Assembly: GCF_000195855.1 (NCBI RefSeq)
Contig: NC_002677.1
Coordinates: forward strand, 2,940,001-2,972,000
Length of the DNA: 32,000 nucleotides
Direction: 5' to 3'
DNA from: Mycobacterium leprae TN
Lineage (GTDB): Bacteria > Actinomycetota > Actinomycetes > Mycobacteriales > Mycobacteriaceae
Shown here: positions 29,700-32,000 of the stretch, in pieces
Layout: every line of letters begins with the position of its first letter
Position numbering within the stretch: position 1 is the first letter of the stretch
Program-made: the position numbers and the translations under genes
Notes under the pieces: model-generated
The model's database searches: none
Told to the model about the DNA's origin: nothing
What the model saw: only the letters and a program-made list of their open reading frames with translations

Positions 29700-30866
29700 T
29701 TACCTGCCCCATCCCGCCCGAGGGTTGAAACCACTTGACCGCTCGGCGGCCGCATAGGCCTCCAGTGCCTTTTGCGCGGCACCTTCCAAGTTCAGCGGAA
29801 CTGCCACCTTGACTGTGACAAGCAAGTCGCCATGGCCACCACTGCGTTTGGGTACACCACGCCCTCGTACCCGCAGGATACGGCCATCTGAGGTACCTTT
29901 TGGCACCCGGACACCGACTGTTCCGTCCAGCGTGGGCACTGAAAGGGTTGAGCCCAAAGCTAATTCAGTGAAGCTAACCGGAATGGTCACGGTGAGGTCG
30001 TCGCCATTTCGACCAAAGATCTTGTCAGGCCGCACATGGACCGTCACATACAGATCACCCGACGGAGCGCCACGCAACCCCGCCTCGCCCTGCCCTGCCA
30101 GCCGAATCCGTTGTCCATCTTCGACACCGGACGGGATCCGCACATTGATGGTTCGGGTCCGGGTGGTAACCCCGGTGCCTTTGCACTCTTCGCAAGGGTG
30201 CTCGATGATCGACCCGCTACCCCGACATTCGGTACAAGGCTCAGAGAAACCAAAGGCACCCTGATTGCGGTTGATCACGCCGGAACCGTTGCAAGTGGAA
30301 CACACTTTCGGACTGATTCCCGGACGTGCCCCGCTGCCATGGCAATTGGTGCACGGCGCTGGGCTGGTCAGCCGCAGCGGCATCGCTACACCTTTGGCCG
30401 CTTCGACAAAATCCAAATCTGCCTCGGTCTCCAGGTCGTTGCCGCGTCGCGGCCTACTGGGGCGGACACTGGCGCCGCGTCCAAACAAGCCACCGAACAA
30501 GTCACCGATGTTGGTGCCCCCGGTTCGACTGGCAGCATCGAACAAATCGTTGAGGTTGAACTCAGCACCGTCGCCGCCCATTCCAAAGTCACCAAAACTA
30601 CTGTCGAACCGACGACCGCCTAACCAGCCGCCGGCAAACAGCCGGCGAGTTTCATCGTACTCTTTGCGCTTGACCGGATCCGACAACACATTGTGCGCCT
30701 CAGACACCACCTTAAACCGTTCACCAGCGGAGTTGTCGGGATTCGCGTCAGGATGCAGGTAGCGTGCCAACTTCCGATAGGCACGCTTAATCTCTTCGGG
30801 ACTGGCGTCAGAGGAAACGCCTAGCTCCTTGTAGAAGTCCTTTTCGACCCATTCACGCTGGGCCAT
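29700..30866 (-). CDS. dnaJ: Co-chaperone DnaJ (DnaJ1)
   Basis: It has a J-domain with HPD (YLHPDANP), a G/F-rich region, and four CxxCxGxG zinc-finger repeats (CTNCHGSG, CSTCNGSG, CTECRGSG, CEECKGTG). Length is 388 aa. Confidence 0.97.
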   Translation of the reverse strand: MAQREWVEKDFYKELGVSSDASPEEIKRAYRKLARYLHPDANPDNSAGERFKVVSEAHNVLSDPVKRKEYDETRRLFAGGWLGGRRFDSSFGDFGMGGDGAEFNLNDLFDAASRTGGTNIGDLFGGLFGRGASVRPSRPRRGNDLETEADLDFVEAAKGVAMPLRLTSPAPCTNCHGSGARPGISPKVCSTCNGSGVINRNQGAFGFSEPCTECRGSGSIIEHPCEECKGTGVTTRTRTINVRIPSGVEDGQRIRLAGQGEAGLRGAPSGDLYVTVHVRPDKIFGRNGDDLTVTIPVSFTELALGSTLSVPTLDGTVGVRVPKGTSDGRILRVRGRGVPKRSGGHGDLLVTVKVAVPLNLEGAAQKALEAYAAAERSSGFNPRAGWGR

Positions 30867-30879
30867 ATCGCGTCACCCC

Positions 30880-31569
30880 CTAATCACCGTCCTCCTTGTG
30901 CGGTGTCACGTTATCGCCCAGTTCACCTTGCTCGGTTTTGGCTGTGCTGTCGACAGGTGCGACTATGGCAACCGTTTCGGCACCATCGCCTGCGATCGTG
31001 TCAACCACCCCGACCAAGGCGTGCCGCAGCACTTGATCGCCCAATTTGTAGCCGTGCCGGAGGACGTCACCGATCACCGGCTTGGAGCCTTCCCCACCAT
31101 CGCCCTCATGCTGCACGGCTTCGTGCAGCACCGGGTCGAAGTCTTCTCCCTCGACGCCAAACGCCACCAGCCCGAGCCCGGTCAATGCGCTCATTAGCTT
31201 GTCGGCGACCGACTTCAGCGGACCCGAGTCCAGATCGCCGTGCTCGCGGGCACGATCGAAATCGTCAAGCACACCCAACAATTGGCTGATGACAGTGGCC
31301 TTGGCTCGATCCGAAGCCGTCTGCTGGTCGCGCAACGCTCGCTTACGGTAGTTGGCAAAATCGGCCTGCACCCGCTGCAGATCGCTAGTCAGCTCAGCAA
31401 CTTTGTCGACCATTGTGTCGGTACTGTTGGCACTTCGGTCGGTCATACCAGCCGGCTCGCTACCTCCCGGCGTGTCGCCGAGAGGTATAGATCGTACTTC
31501 GCCAGTATCGGGATCGATCCGTCGTTTGTCGGTGACCGTCACCTGTTCGTGTGGATTGCCTTCGGTCAC
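30880..31569 (-). CDS. grpE: Nucleotide exchange factor GrpE
   Basis: The 229-aa ORF has the GrpE core ..[35 protein letters not shown]... The GTG start at 31569 overlaps the dnaK stop (GTGA, 31569..31566). Confidence 0.95.
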   Translation of the reverse strand: MTEGNPHEQVTVTDKRRIDPDTGEVRSIPLGDTPGGSEPAGMTDRSANSTDTMVDKVAELTSDLQRVQADFANYRKRALRDQQTASDRAKATVISQLLGVLDDFDRAREHGDLDSGPLKSVADKLMSALTGLGLVAFGVEGEDFDPVLHEAVQHEGDGGEGSKPVIGDVLRHGYKLGDQVLRHALVGVVDTIAGDGAETVAIVAPVDSTAKTEQGELGDNVTPHKEDGD

Positions 31570-32000
31570 TTGGACTCCCGTTCGTCGTCGACCACCTCCG
31601 CGTCAACCACATCGTCAGTAGAGTTCGAGCCACCAGGCGCGGAAGCCTCGCCGCCCACCTTCGACGCAGCCTGGGTGGCCTCATAGATCGCCTGCCCCAG
31701 TGCCTGGGAGTCCTGACCCAGCTTCTCCATTGCCGACTTTATCGCGGAAATGTCGGTACCGCCAAGCGCCGTCTTAGCTTCTGCCACAGCGGCTTCCACC
31801 TTGTTGAGGGTATCCTCAGGCACCCTCGAACCATTCTCGGTTTCCCGTTGTTCCTTGACGAATTTCTCCGTCTGGTACACGAGCGTCTCAGCCTGGTTGC
31901 GGACGTCGGCCTCCTCGCGACGCTTGCGGTCCTCCTCAGCGTGCGCCTCAGCATCCTTGACCATCCGATCGATCTCTTCCTTGGACAGCCCGGAGCCTTC
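31566..32000 (-). CDS. dnaK: Chaperone DnaK (Hsp70), C-terminal part only; the gene continues beyond the window
   Basis: The frame is open to the window edge. The lid and tail read ..[35 protein letters not shown]...[12 protein letters not shown]. The M in the ORF track is internal. Confidence 0.97.
   Translation of the reverse strand, partial: EGSGLSKEEIDRMVKDAEAHAEEDRKRREEADVRNQAETLVYQTEKFVKEQRETENGSRVPEDTLNKVEAAVAEAKTALGGTDISAIKSAMEKLGQDSQALGQAIYEATQAASKVGGEASAPGGSNSTDDVVDAEVVDDERESK

Noticed and set aside
30036-30623. 195-aa and 165-aa plus-strand ORFs antisense to dnaJ, and 128- to 148-aa ORFs antisense to grpE and dnaK
   Set aside because: These are shadow ORFs opposite highly conserved chaperone genes. 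I recognise no independent evidence for them.

Overview
This window reads as Mycobacterium leprae chromosome. It holds a canonical RLEP dispersed repeat carrying exact matches to the RLEP diagnostic primer and probe sequences as I recall them. It also holds 23-bp, 21-bp and TA-type tandem repeats that resemble the VNTR loci used for leprosy strain typing. The landscape is one of reductive evolution. About 13 protein genes and one tRNA look intact: an Rv1086-like Z-prenyl diphosphate synthase, tyrA, an Rv3753c-like protein, tadA, tRNA-Ser(CGA), a SpoU methyltransferase, pyrE, an Rv0383c-like membrane protein, clpB, a secreted DUF4185 protein, and hspR-dnaJ-grpE-dnaK (dnaK runs off the window). 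Between them lie long stretches of frameshifted or truncated remnants: hemolysin III, YbjQ, PPE, vapBC, the CO-dehydrogenase maturation genes coxE/moxR/mocA/xdhC, a flavohemoprotein, and several pieces I cannot assign. Gene order is a mosaic of blocks that are far apart or inverted in M. tuberculosis, and at least one junction is occupied by RLEP. I found no CRISPR array, no rRNA and no convincing novel multi-gene system. The items most worth follow-up are four. First, an intact signal-peptide DUF4185 (GH183-like) protein sits between clpB and a dead Rv0385-like gene. Second, degenerate RLEP-related end fragments bracket a 3-kb block of wreckage. Third, a HAIR-like operator lies upstream of clpB. 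Fourth, several pseudogenes appear to carry a single or very few lesions. Pseudogene boundaries are approximate. All homology statements come from by-eye motif recognition, not from searches.
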